From the NCBI GenBank assembly GCA_046563655.1, contig CM102289.1:1674001-1738000 (forward strand): a stretch of DNA of 64,000 nucleotides, read 5' to 3'. The translations under genes and the position numbers were made by a program. The first letter of the stretch is position 1, and every line of letters starts with the position of its first letter. The notes below the pieces were generated by a model, which was given only the letters and a program-made list of their open reading frames with translations, did not search any database and had not been told where the DNA came from. This document shows positions 1-12,382 of this stretch, piece after piece. This DNA comes from Yuukianura sp. NJ FZ-2021 (taxonomy: Eukaryota).

Positions 1-1512
1 ATTTGAATTGTAGGGGTTAATTGCAATTGTTGTGTGTGAAATTGGGGGTGATAGAGACTTTTTCCAAGGAGTGTCATGGTTGCATGGTATTTTTCATTCT
101 GTTTTCGGTTGAGAAACTGGGGCGGACGCGGAACAATGGATGGGCGTAGCATTTTGGTCGAATGTCTCTCCGTGTCTTGTGGCCCTTTCTGCACACTCTC
201 TCCGTTACAATTCCTTAACTTAATTTGGAGAGAACCGCAACAATGGAAAAATCAAGAAAAAGCGAAATTGGGTAGACAAAGAACAGAAAATGTTAAGGTA
301 GAGACTAGTCGTAAGAGTGTTGCGAATCCTAACAGGCAGGCTCAAAGTTCTGATTTTCACTAAAAACCCTAAATCATTTCCAACTTTCTAGATTTGTTTA
401 GTTTTAATTGTTCAATTTAACAAAGCGCAGACTTATCGTTTTCGAAAAAACATTTCCTAACCAGTCTACATTACTCCATCAAAGAAAACACAATCACAGT
501 CCTTTTTTCAAAGTTTTATTAAAAACTGAATCAGTTACAACTGCTTGATTCCTTCTTGTTTTGCATGGAGTTGAACTTTAAGTGAAAACGATTAAATTTT
601 GAAATTTGGAAGGTGATTTTGAAAACGTGAAGAAAGTGGTGACTCTATTTCGAAATGTGACTTTAGACGAATAAGTGAAGTTCTACCTGTCGAAATGATA
701 CTAAAAACTGATGTGTACACACTACAAAAAATATTTTGAATTAGTTTATTCATGGATCTGGAATTAGCCATTCCATACTAAGGTGAGTCCTCAAAATTGA
801 AATAAACTCAAATCATAGCTTTTAAAATTTACTTGTAAAAATTCTTTTTAAAAGTTTCAGTTTTAAGTTTTACATATCTTGGAAAAAATTATGAAAAATG
901 ACGATCCGGAAGCAATTTTTAAAGAATGAAAGAGATAACAGTATAAACGTAACAGCGTAATCTTTTTGTCAAATCTTTCTGCTTCAAAATCTCTTTGCAT
1001 AAACTGAAAATTATGAAACCAAAAAACTAAAAAGTTGCTGAACTTTGTTTTAACATTATGGGAAGTCCATTGTGAGTGAAAAGCAGCGCTAATAATACTT
1101 AGTACTTTGTAATGAGATCACTCAAAGCCAACACAGAGAAGGTCAAACTTCCGCCACAACAGGAATCCAACAACGTCTAATTTGGGCTAAGAATCTCTGA
1201 ATTCAGCGAACCATGAATTGCAAAAAATTGCAGAAACCAAACCATTTTTGCAATTCTGAAAAAACTAGACTAAAAGTGTTTAAATTTGTGATGGTCAGAT
1301 GCTTGTCCTTTACAACTCAATAACCCAGTTTTCAATAGAAATGGTGCAACTCCTGATGCTTGAGTAACCATATAATATTGCATGTTGTAAAACTCAAAGT
1401 AATTATACCCAATTCAACCAGGCTTAACCCACCTAAACTAAATTTAACACAACCTGAATAGGTTAGCCTAGTTAATATAACCTAACAAATTACTACTGTA
1501 ACTTGCAGGAGC

Positions 1513-4500
1513 ATGCATCCAGGAGTACAAGTGGCAGTATTGATGCTATTGCTTGGACTTACTCATATTAGCATTGTAAGTGCCAACCGATGTCCGCTTC
1601 CAGAAGATATCATGCCATGTCGATGTCGTGGACGAAACGACCAGATACAAATGTGGTGCAGTCACTCGAATCTGGACAGGGTCAATGGTGCACTGGAGAA
1701 TTTAATGCGTCTGCGCAGCATGCCTGCAATCGATGAACTCATTGTGGAGAACAACAAAATGCCACTTTTGCCAGCACGAGCCTTTGGAGCACTCAGGGTA
1801 AAATTTTCCAAGTTTTTCAAGAATTTAACTCTAATGTGGATTGAATTTACGTCAGTTTTGATTTTGAAATTACTCCTTTTTTAAAAGAAAGTTTTGTGTT
1901 TTGAAATTTTTGAAATTGTGTTTATGGTTTCCTTTGTTTTCGGCTAGATTGGTCGTCTGCTTCTGCGTAACAATGGACTGGAGTCAATTTCACGCAACGC
2001 TTTTGCCGGACTTGAGAATTCTCTTGAAGAAATTTACATAATTGAAGAGAGTTTGATTGATTTTCCGTTTGATTCCATTGAGCAATTGCGCAATTTGGAA
2101 GCTTTCACAATTGAAAAAAGCAAAATTCCACTCCTACCCAAATTTTCTGGTTTGAATCGCCTAAAGCACATTCGAATAGACGGATCTCGAATCAATGGAC
2201 TGCCGGTTGGCGCCTTTGCGAAAATGGCCGCCATTAAGCAAATTCACGTCGTCAATTCAAATTTGACGACTTTGGCTGACGGAATTTTCGGACCGTTAGA
2301 TACTTTGCAACTCGCGAATTTTAGCGGAAACCAAATTAGCTCAATTCAGCGTCGCACTTTTGCAAGGCTACCAAAACTTGAGGTAATTGAAAAAAAATCA
2401 AAAATTTCTAACAATTTTGAAACTTGTTTAAAAAAACTTAGTGTTAAGCTTGTTGCTAAAAGCATTGTTTTCAAAATTTGAATCAAGGTGTTGTCAATTT
2501 CTAAAAATCGGCTCCACGATGCGATTGCAGTTGGTAGGGCTTGTGAAGAGTTGCCGTCGTTGAAATCACTTGACATTTCACAAAATCAGTTCAAAATTTT
2601 ACCAGAAGGTTCCTTTGTACATCTCCGTTCTCTACAATTGCTAAATTTAGCACAAAATTCAATCCAAACTGTCAGTCCCCGCTCTTTCACTCACCTTCCA
2701 GCTCTGCGTAAAGTCGACTTCAGCTCAAACCAATTACGAAATTTACCAAAACTATTTTTTGATTCGTCGCCTCTTCTGGAAGAAATTCGGTAAGATTTTC
2801 AAGCTTTTTAAGAAAAAGAGAATTTCGAAAACTTTAACATGGAAGAAATTATTTCAGTCCCCCAAGTTTAAACCCCCCAAATTTTTTAAAACATACTTTG
2901 AATTTTTTTTCTGAATCGTTCAACAGCATGCGTCGAAATATGTTAAGCTCCGCAAATGAGATTGGAGAGATTCTGAATTCTTTGAAATCTTTGCGTTTTC
3001 TGGACCTTGGTCACAACGGGGTCACTGACCTTCCTGCCGGCACAATCGCAGATCACACTCAGCTGGAACGAATTGACTTAAGTGACAACTTAATTACCCG
3101 AATTCATAAAGACGCTTTCCGTAACGTTCCTTCCCTCATCGAACTGAGTTTGCGCAATAACTCTCTTCTGGAAATGCCATCCACCGATGCAGATTCATGG
3201 AAAATACCGTCACTATCTCTACTCGACCTCTCTTCAAATAAACTTCAGAGCCTTGAATCTTCTGCTTTCTCTTCTCTTGTTCAGTTGACCCGCCTTGACC
3301 TCAGTTCCAACAAAATCAAAGCCATCGGATCACTAGCTTTTGGCGGGAATTCAAATTTGGAAGAACTGGAACTTTTTGGAAACGGACTCAAGTCAATCAC
3401 ATTCAACACTTTTGCTGGCTTGGGGAAACTGAAACTTTTGGATCTTAGTAGAAATCATCTCGAAGTCATTCCGAGTGCAACTTTTCGCGATTTGGGAAAA
3501 CTGGAGCGTCTAAATCTTGCAAACAACAGGATCAGTGACATCTCGAACGACATTTTCCATGGACTGAAGTCACTTGAAGAATTGAGCATGAAAAGTAACC
3601 TAATACCACGAATTCCATCAGGATTTTTTGCTTCGTTGCAAAATTTGAAAGATTTAAATCTAAAGCAAAACGCAATTGCTCACATTTCTCCAAGAGCATT
3701 TTCTGATTTGAAAAATCTGCGTGGATTGAAATTGGCGGCAAACAAGATTTCTGAAATTGATGACACGGCGTTTGATGATCTTCAGAAATTGAAAACCATT
3801 GACTTAAGTTCAAACCGAGTGACACATTTGACTGCAAGGTGTTTAAAAAATCTTGTGAATTTGGAAAAACTTGATGTTAGGGAAAACCGAATTGCGACAG
3901 TTGAAAAAGGAGCGTTCAGTGCATTAGGAAAACTGCAAGTGATTGATTTTGCACAAAATGCGTTAGAGAAGTTACCGGATTTGGTGAAATCGGCAACTTT
4001 ACGAGTGGCAGATTTTAGTCACAATCAAATTTCTAGCCTCGAGGCAACTGCTTTTGTGGATTCGAAAAATGTAGTGGAACTTTACCTCAACGACAACAAA
4101 ATAACTATAGTTCAATCACAAACTTTTAGCGTAAGAACAAAATTTGGAAAAAGTAGAACTCGAATTTAGAGGAATCAACACAGGACTTTGTTAAAAATGA
4201 ATTTTTGAATTTGACTTTTTCAGAATTTGGAACATCTGACAATATTGGACCTGTATGGAAACGATGTTGCAGAAATTCCGAAATTTGCGTTTCAAAATCT
4301 TCCGCGTCTGGTTTACTTGCGTCTTAGTCGCAACAAAATTCGAAAAGTAGAAACCAGTGCTTTCAGTGGCTTAACTGCACTAGACGGTGTTGATCTTCAA
4401 GAAAACGAACTGGAAAGTATGAGTGATGGAGCTTTTGACAAAAGCGGGACTTTGAAATATTTGAATTTGAGTCACAACAATTTCGATGACATGTCAAAGC

Positions 4501-6889
4501 TTGGCCTCCTTCCGCTTGTATCACTGGAAGTTCTGGACGTCAGCTTTAACCGTCTACGCACTTTCGACGCAAAGGCGCTACGACATTTGCAGTGGCTGGT
4601 TGAACTACGGGTAAGACAACGCTCTGTTACGTCGTCGACTTTTTAAACAACTTTTGGAAGATTTCAAAATTTTAGGTAAACGACAACGGAATTTGCTCAT
4701 TGCCGTTTGGAGTGTTCGATGGAATGAGTCGCCTGAAGATGCTGATACTGAAGAATAATACGATTTCGCATTTATCAGAATCCGTATTTTATAAACTAAA
4801 AGACAACATCGCGTTCCTAGATTTATCAGGTACTCTTTTTTCAATTTTAAAAAAAAAAAAATTTTCGATTCACCATTTTACATTGAAGAAGTGAAAACAC
4901 CGTGGTGCTTTTTGTCGGTTTGCAGGAAATCCTATAGTTTGTGACTGTGAATTGATCTGGTTTCGGAATTTGATTGCACGAGAAGGCATTCGGGAACTGA
5001 CAGAATCAAGTTGCGGTGTTCCAGAAATTTTGAAAGGCCAATCGATCAAGAATGTTCGACCAGGACGCCTAATCTGCACAAATTCAAAACAAAATGAAAA
5101 CATCGGAAATTCCAAAACCGAAAAAATCTGTCCCGCCATGCCAATTTCAAAAAGAATGCCTCGTCCAATTTTGTCTGAACCTCTGCAAAAACTAGTTTTT
5201 GCAGATACACAAAAATTTGATGATGTAGGCGAAAGTACGCGAGGTGGGGCCAACGACGTTCAGCAAATCAACCGCTACAAAGGTATACTTGTTTTTAGTA
5301 AATTTTCAAAATTTCAAGTAAAATTTGTACAGATTTTTGAAAATTTCAACACAATTTGTTGTAGATGAAAAATCTATTTTGTCCAACGATTATGTTCCCG
5401 GTGATACTCCAACAATTTACGCAGGCAGCATCAGTCAACCTAACACTGTAAATCAATTTTTAAGTTTTTGTTTGAAATATTTTCAATTAACTTCATTAGT
5501 TATATTATTTGGATTTAAATTATATTTATTTAGGTTCCAATACGAGAAAAAGTTTCTTCCGGTGGTCTTAGCGCCTTAAGCTCCTTATTTGGCATTCCAA
5601 TTCCAAATTTGGACTTTGGCCTCAACATGGGCATTTCGCCTAGTGTGTCCGTCGCAGAAAAAGACACAGAAGCTGAGCGTCCAATGTCATTTGGATTCAA
5701 AAAAGATCCACTCCCGCCAAGTTGGATTGAACGACCTTCAAAAGACGATGACCGCTCTCCAGTGACCTATGACCCACCAGAGTACATTCCACGGAAGCCC
5801 ATCCAACCTTACATTCCTCTCAATCCTTATGCACACGCTGATTCAAACCACTTTTTACCAAGTATCGTCTCACCCAAACTCGTTTCAAAAAATTCAAACG
5901 CAAATTCCAAATGGAGCAGCACAGTACCTCCAAAAACGGATTGGTTCGCAGCTTATCCAACAGTCGAAACTGGATTTATTCCAATTGAACCATTTTTTCA
6001 TGTAAATCCAAGCGCTGGAACTGGAAGAAGTCAGAATTCAACTAGAACAACTCCGACTCCGGCTTCATCTCGACCAAATTTTGAAATTTCTACGAAATTT
6101 GGAAATTCTTACCCATCAAGTACAACACCTTATAACACAAAAGAACAACTAACAACTAGAAATCAACTGAACAAACCAACTGAACCAACGTTTCTAGTTA
6201 CCGCTCCAGCATCATTTACCGAATCCAGCCGACACGAACTGGAACTAAATCCGGAAGAATCCGAAGAGGCTGATTCGCTGTCAGATTTTTGGGGAATTTT
6301 CAATTCCAGAAATTCTTCGCAAGATTCTCCCCCTGTTGATTTTGCGGCTCCGATTGATACTGAACTGAATTCAGATTTAGAATCAGCAACTTTGCAACCA
6401 TCAGAAGTCAATGATCCATTCAATGAAAATAGAGATCCAGCCAATCAGAGCCCTCTAACGGGCCAGAACAGCAAGGGAAAGTCTACGATAACAAAAGTCA
6501 AGTTGGAAGACGCCTATCGTAGTCCCAACGGTCGACGCAGTGGCAGTAGTAACAGTGGTTTCCATGGGAATCCAAGTACAAACTCCTTTGTGTACTCCGG
6601 AACTCCACCAACTACTGGTAGAAAGGAGCCCCTTGTTCCGCCAGTTCTGATTGGTGGGGCTGAAGAGCCGCTTGACTGGTACTACAAAAATTACGACATT
6701 CAACAAAATCCGGAAGAGGAAATCGAAAAATACCTAGACAGGAGTCGAGTAAATACACGGGACGATAGGGTTGTAGATTTTAATACGTCACAAGCACTTT
6801 CTTATTTTCACTTTACTTCCTCATTGTGGTGTCTACCAACATTATTTCTCATTCATTTTATTAACACGCTTTACGTGTGCTATATTTAA
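1513..6889 (+). CDS. atk: Secreted/cell-surface leucine-rich-repeat protein, artichoke/chaoptin-like (~1520 aa). Exons 1513-1797, 1948-2382, 2488-2789, 2927-4130, 4224-4610, 4676-4829, 4926-5282, 5365-5447, 5534-6889
   Basis: Signal peptide, LRRNT (CPLPEDIMPCRC..IQMWCSHS..IDELIVENN), long LxxLxLxxN array, LRRCT (GNPIVCDCELIWF), GDTPTIYAG and FGIPIP motifs, S/T/P-rich tail, hydrophobic C-terminus. All introns are GT-AG and exon lengths sum to 4563 nt (in frame). Likely 5'UTR intron 783-1508. Symbol is from recalled N-terminal motif only. Confidence 0.8.
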
Positions 6890-6892
6890 TAC

Positions 6893-7214
6893 TGTTGTAG
6901 AAAATGGAATTTGATTGTCAAGGAACCTTGGGAAAGGGCGCCATACAATTTTTTTGTAATTCTAAACTGCAATGTGCCTTTACAACCGAAATACAGAAAT
7001 TGTATTTTCTACAACAGGTTGTCCAATAACTCGGGGTTTGCAAAAATTTACCTGCAAACAATTTCCCCCCAATTCCTACTAATTAAATTACATACAAATC
7101 ATTATCATAGAAAGACACGGCGACGCAAGTTTGGCAAATTATTTGAGAAAATTAAAAACGCCGAGTTATTGGACAATCTAGTGTAGAATAAAAAATTTGT
7201 GTTTACGAACCTTG
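6893..7214 (-). mobile_element. Rearranged copy of CAAG-ended MITE family in the LRR gene 3'UTR
   Basis: 7004-7214 is a reverse-complement match to 52820-53069 and 20430-20650; ends ..tttacgaaccttg. An extra inverted end piece lies at 6893-6930. Confidence 0.75.
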
Positions 7215-7273
7215 TAAAATTGTGCCGCAGATTGGCCTAAATAAACAGAAGTAAGTAAATAGTGTATGCAGAG

Positions 7274-7671
7274 CAGTGTTGGTGGATATCCACTTTTTCG
7301 ACATTTCATCCACGGCTGGATATCCAGTGGAAGAAATGGACGAAATGGATGAATCCAAAGGGGCGGAGCTTTGCCCTCTGAATTTGAATTAATTGAACAC
7401 AAACAACTAAAAAACGTGAAAACACAGTTCAAAAACTATGTATATATTGTTTTTAAATACGTTTTAAATGATATGTTAACTATAATCGCGAAAGCAAAGC
7501 TTTCTGCTATCATTTCGAAAATTTAAATTTGAATTGATTTGAATTTCGCGCAAAATTTGTGATTTCTTCCATCCACTTTTAGTTTCGTCCATTTGGGGTG
7601 CGTTTCTTCCAGTGGATATCCACTGGAAGTGGCAATTAAGCCACTGGACGTTTAAGCGTCCACCAACACTG
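7274..7671. mobile_element. hAT-like MITE, 398 bp
   Basis: Perfect TIR CAGTGTTGGTGGA/TCCACCAACACTG; perfect 8-bp TSD ATGCAGAG at 7266-7273 and 7672-7679; internal TGGA/TCCA motifs. Confidence 0.9.
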
Positions 7672-7679
7672 ATGCAGAG

Positions 7680-7832
7680 GCAACAATGCACAAATGGACA
7701 TAAAGTCTCAGAAAATTTTATTTTGAAAATCAACACTAGTTTCAAATTGATTACGGTAGATCAAGGAGTTAACCATGATAAAAATCTATATCATACGAAT
7801 AAAATTCCAATAAAATTGCTTCAACTGATAAT
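7680..7832 (+). pseudogene. 3' remnant of a fourth 12-Cys family gene
   Basis: TGG ACA TAA (W-T-stop) followed by ttttattttgaaaatcaacactagtttcaaa, matching 9085-9225 downstream of copy 1. Confidence 0.65.
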
Positions 7833-8323
7833 ACCCTATATTATAATTTATTAGGATTGTGGATATTTTTGTTTGTTCATCAAATTGCGACGTGGAATAA
7901 TTTATAAATTCATCAAAAAAATCAAACATTAGCAGTAATATTTTAACTTCGCAGATGGCCATTTATTACCTTGAATTTCCAACTTTTATGGTTGACAGAA
8001 GCTTATGCATATTTACGACAACTGTATTTTAACAAAATCATTTTTTAAAAATTGTGTTGAAAATTCAACGATGTTTATAATAGAGCCAGCAGCCGTCAAG
8101 TAGTTTCACAATATCACAAGCTGCCAAATCCGTATCACGGCATTTTGTTAACCAGGATTTTGTATAGCAACCTGTAACAGCCTAATATCTTAAAATTGTA
8201 GCAGTGATAAATTTTTAACACTAACAAACACATTCCTACGATTGGTCATAATTTTGTTCAGCTCGAACCTGTACTTTGTGTTGTTTTGAGAAATTTCTGC
8301 TCAATATTTCGTTCGATAGAAAA

Positions 8324-9097
8324 ATGAACCAAAAGGGAACATTTGTAACGTCAGGATTATTTGTATTTGTTGTTTTAAACCTCTTACTTCAGACAATTCC
8401 AGTAAGCTCATCGCCAATCTCTAGCGGCGATGCGGTAAGTTTTGAACAGTAGTAGCAGTAAAAACTGTTTTTTTACGGTTTTTCAAGCACCGTATTATAA
8501 ATCGCTTTATTTGCCCTATTGTACATGAAATTTAGACATCACAAATACGTTTCAATGGCATTATTTTTTCCAAAATTAGCAGTAAATGGGGGAAACGACG
8601 CAAAAGGCAGACAAAAAAGTATTCTTTTTCTCTTCTGCATTTGGTACTGCTCACTTCCACCCCACCCCAATATAAAAGCTTTAGGTTTGTTGGTGTCAAA
8701 GTTTTCCTGAACAGCACTTTACATATTTACATTAGTGCATTTTAAGAGTATGTGACCGCCGTTTTGTCCTTTTCAAACAGGTATTGCCATACAGAACATC
8801 ACTAACGCTGCGACGTGCGCCACAAGTTCTGCATGCTGCCGTTACAGATGTGCTGCGATACCTGCTGGTGGAACGACCACTCAACTTGCCTCAGAATGTG
8901 CAACGGGTGCTGTGCCGGGATCGGCTGCTGGGCGCTGTATAGCCAGCGATGGCATGGCAGCTAACATTGCACCAGGAACACTTTGTGTATTTAGTTTGAC
9001 TTGTCCTGCCTGCTTCGATTATAATGCAGTAATAGCATGTGTTGGGCAACCGGAATGTACAAGAGTGTTGGGTAATGCCATTTGCCCATATACGTAG
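8324..9097 (+). CDS. Small secreted 12-Cys protein, copy 1 (exons 8324-8434 and 8795-9097, 137 aa if the downstream acceptor is used; otherwise frameshifted)
   Basis: Signal peptide MNQKGTFVTSGLFVFVVLNLLLQTIPVSS; GTAAGT donor at 8435; Cys domain TCATSSACCRYRC...GNAICPYT intact. The paralogous acceptor (8780) gives the wrong frame; the CAG ending at 8794 gives the right frame. Confidence 0.6.
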
Positions 9098-9236
9098 AGT
9101 TTCAGAGACTTTTATTTTGAAAATCAACACTAGTTTCAAAAAGATCCGTAATTCAAGTAGTTATACCATTACATAAATTTACATCCCACGGATAAAATGC
9201 TAATAAAATGGCTTTAGTTGATAACACTCACACAAG

Positions 9237-9385
9237 CAATTTCACGCAACGCTTTTGATGGATTTGAAAACTCTTTAAACGAGATTTACATAATTGATTG
9301 AAGTGAGTTTGATTAATTTTCCGTTTGATTCTATTGAACAAGTTCGAAATTTGGAGGGTTTCACGTTCGAAAAATTCGGAAATTC
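9237..9385 (+). pseudogene. Degenerate duplicated fragment of LRR gene coding exon 2
   Basis: caatttcacgcaacgcttttg..atttacataattga..ttttccgtttgattctattga..aatttggag..ttcac aligns with ~1985-2128, with substitutions and indels. Confidence 0.85.
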
Positions 9386-9951
9386 AAAATGGAACATCTG
9401 TCTACAATACTTTTTGTTTGCTAATTTTTTCTAAGACACAATAAACAAAAACAAAATAGAAGTTGTTTTCGACCATGTCAGTTCGATTGCGTTGAAAGTT
9501 TTCCATTTTCTAAAGATGATTTTTAGGGAAGTTAAGTGTTTGAGTGATTCTAGAAAAATTTAGCAGCGAACAACAATGATTTAACAACGAGAATTGTTTT
9601 CTGACGTACTGACCTGACTCATTCAAGCTTAAAAATACTGAAAATGTTTTTTGCCATGTTCTGCTCCAGACATGTTTTACAATTGCAAAAAGCTTGGACT
9701 AGATAACTGGAACATGAGCAAATATTTAGTAGTTGTAAACACAGCTTTTAGTTTCGTGTAAATTTGAATAGGATTTGAAGTAATATTTTCAGTTTAGTAT
9801 AAATTCGAGGTTTGCAGGGTATGTAGCAGGAAAACTTTATTTTTGCTTTACTTTTGCTTTTTTTTTTTAAACAAAAGTGTTTCCTTAAAAAATTTTTTTT
9901 CTATTTTTCAATGCATTGAGTTGCACCCAGTGAAAACTAAAACCTTTGGAA

Positions 9952-10582
9952 ATGCTCGGAATTATTGTATTTGTTAGTTTAAACACCCTAATTTTCAATA
10001 GTGTAGTAAATGCAAAACCATACTTTGACGGAACTAAGGTGATTATTAAGTTTAACTAAACATGTTAAGCTTTGTGTTGCAACTTAATAAAAACTTAGGA
10101 TGACATAGATTGCTGGATAATGCATTTTTGGGATTGTAGGTTTTGCCATACGGAAACGGCACAGACGTCTACGATGAACGTAAGTATAGGATAGACTAAA
10201 AACCTAGTGCTTTTGGTAGTTTTAATAAAAGTGGCTTACAATTGCTTTAGGTTTATTTTTTCTGCAACCAATTAACAACAGTAACAACAATGCCGCCACT
10301 TGTGTCTCCACTACTACATGCTGCCGTTATAGATGTGCTGCCGTAACTTCTGGTGGAATGATGGGTCAACTAGCGTCAGAATGTGCAACTGGTGCTATGC
10401 CAGGAATGGCTGCTAATCGTTGTATTACTAGCGCTGGTACTGCAGCTACACTCGCACCAGGAGCACCATGTATATTCAGCTTAAGCTGTCCCGCCTGTTT
10501 CAATGCTGGTGCAGCGATTGCCTGTATAGGACAACAAGAATGTACTACCATATTGGGTAACGGCATCTGCCCTTGGACGTAG
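9952..10582 (+). CDS. Small secreted 12-Cys protein, copy 2 (exons 9952-10038, 10140-10179, 10251-10582; 152 aa)
   Basis: Signal peptide MLGIIVFVSLNTLIFNSVVNA, linker VLPYGNGTDVYDERLFFLQP, then the 12-Cys domain; GT-AG introns in frame. Confidence 0.88.
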
Positions 10583-10862
10583 AGCTTCAGAAACTTTTAT
10601 TTAGAAAATCAACTCAAATGTCAAAAAACCAATCTCTGCAGATTATAAATAAGTTAACTATCGAAAAACATATTTGTCCCACTTTCTCATCCCAAACTCA
10701 TAAAGTTATCAAATAAAATCAAACATTGCTCTTTCGATATAACGTTTTCCAAATAGCCATATATGACGGTGAATTTTAAAAATTCAGCTTACTGAACGCT
10801 ATGGTAGAAACTTTTGTGAAATCAACGATAAATTGTTAAAGTCATTTTGCTTCATATTTCAT

Positions 10863-11760
10863 TTAAAATGCCAGAAGAGCATTTATATTACAGCCGACAA
10901 CCACTTCAGGGTAAAAGTTCCTCGTGCAGGTTGTTACTGAGACAATTCAGTCTTTCAATCGTTGTTAAATAAATATCTACAAACACTGTCACCAAAAATT
11001 AGACAATTGAAAAGTAATTGTTCAAACTCTCAATCCAGGGACTAAATAAAACACCAAATTTACATAGGATAAAAATCCAGGAATATGTAGGAAATTCTGG
11101 AGTGACGATTTGTAACGCAATAGCTGCCGTTTGGTTATACAATGAAGAGAACAATCCGGGATATTCAAAATACAACAATGGTAGCAACCCATCTGCGCCT
11201 AACCAAAGTGCGCCTACAGCCAAAGTGCGCCTCTATCAATATGCGCCTGAAAAATGTGCGCCTCCGTCCAAAGTGCGCCTCCATCCAAAAAGCGCCTCCA
11301 GCTCCAATTCAATACCAGGTATATTTGGTTTGATTCAATTACAAGTTTGAGCTTTCCAACATGGGTAGTTATCCACAACCCGGGCGTCTATAGTTTCCCG
11401 CGCCGAAGGCGCGGTGTTAGGTTTTTAAATTCGCAATACTGATTACGTCTCGAAGGTATAGATTGGGTAGGTTAGGTTTTTTAAAGTTCACAATACAGAT
11501 TACTTTTCTAGGGTTTCTAACATTTTTTAGGCGCATATTGAGAGGCGCACATTGGAGAGGCGCACTTTGGTTAGGCGCAGATGACCTGGAAGCATTACAA
11601 CAATGGTACGTGAGGACTGATCTATACATTAAGAAGTACCTAATTATTTCACAAAAGTGCAGTAATTAGTTGTGCACGTGGAACACTATTTATTCAGAGC
11701 AACGTTGGTAGCATTAATACAATGTTTGGTAGTTGTTGGGGTGAGTATAACAGATTGTGA
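10863..11760 (-). pseudogene. R0: decayed chemoreceptor-like array gene, closest to R1, interrupted by a foldback element
   Basis: 10863-10908 reads EVVVGCNINALLAF-stop; 10945-11175 matches exon 1 (PGLFSSLYNQTAAIALQIVTPEFPTYSWIFILCKF); 11600-11760 aligns with 14460-14615. Most of exon 2 is missing. Confidence 0.8.
11180..11593. mobile_element. Foldback (Mutator-like) non-autonomous element
   Basis: Long inverted arms built of TGCGCCT-containing tandem units (catctgcgcctaaccaaagtgcgcct / aggcgcactttggttaggcgcagatg); flanks aatacaacaat / attacaacaat (10 of 11 identical). Confidence 0.8.
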
Positions 11761-12382
11761 TGTTGGAGGTTTTTACTCGATACGTTGCATTTTAATGAAA
11801 TAATGGTTGGCGCATCTTTAAATTGTTTATTAGAAACGTTTATTCATATTAAGGAAATTAAATAAACTCCTTAGCATGAGTCTTGGGTGCACCGTCCATA
11901 ACTCGCGCAGATCCATTCCACCAGAACGTCTTTATAATTTGTTTAACCTCAAATCGTGTTTCTAGCACAATGACATAAATTGACAGATGTAAATAAATTG
12001 GGTAAACACAAGCTGACTATGGTTGCACAACGCTCAAGTTGTCTCAAATCATCAAAGTCTGCCAAATCATCCTCAATCGTGTTTTGCAACAAGAGTTTTG
12101 TAAAACAACCTGTTGAAAAGCCAGAAACCCTCAAATAAGAGCACTGGTAAATATTTAACCCCAACAAACACAGCCTTTTTTCGTACTCAGCTTGACACAA
12201 TATCTGGGAATCTTTATAAATCCAATTCATTTCTGCAAATACGTAGAAAATATAGGTTTGGGGTCTGTACTTCTGTACTTGTGTTTTTGTTTAAAAAATA
12301 ATGCTGTTTTGAGACACTTGTCATCCACTTTCGTTTGATAGAAATGCGATTTCCTAATATATGAACAAAAAAAGAATTTGAA

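Noticed and set aside
76..363. 95-aa ORF at the window start
   Set aside because: No recognisable motif; lies in the likely promoter/5' region of the LRR gene.
1420..1490. Telomere-like TAACC/TTAGG tract
   Set aside because: Short, degenerate and intronic; similar tracts occur inside local repeat elements.
6911..7186. Similar ORFs at 6911-7186 and 52854-53141 as a repeated small gene
   Set aside because: Similarity comes from the shared non-coding MITE; no transposase motifs.
8580..8620. Extra mini-exon in the intron of 12-Cys copy 1
   Set aside because: Both candidate acceptors give an immediate in-frame TAA.
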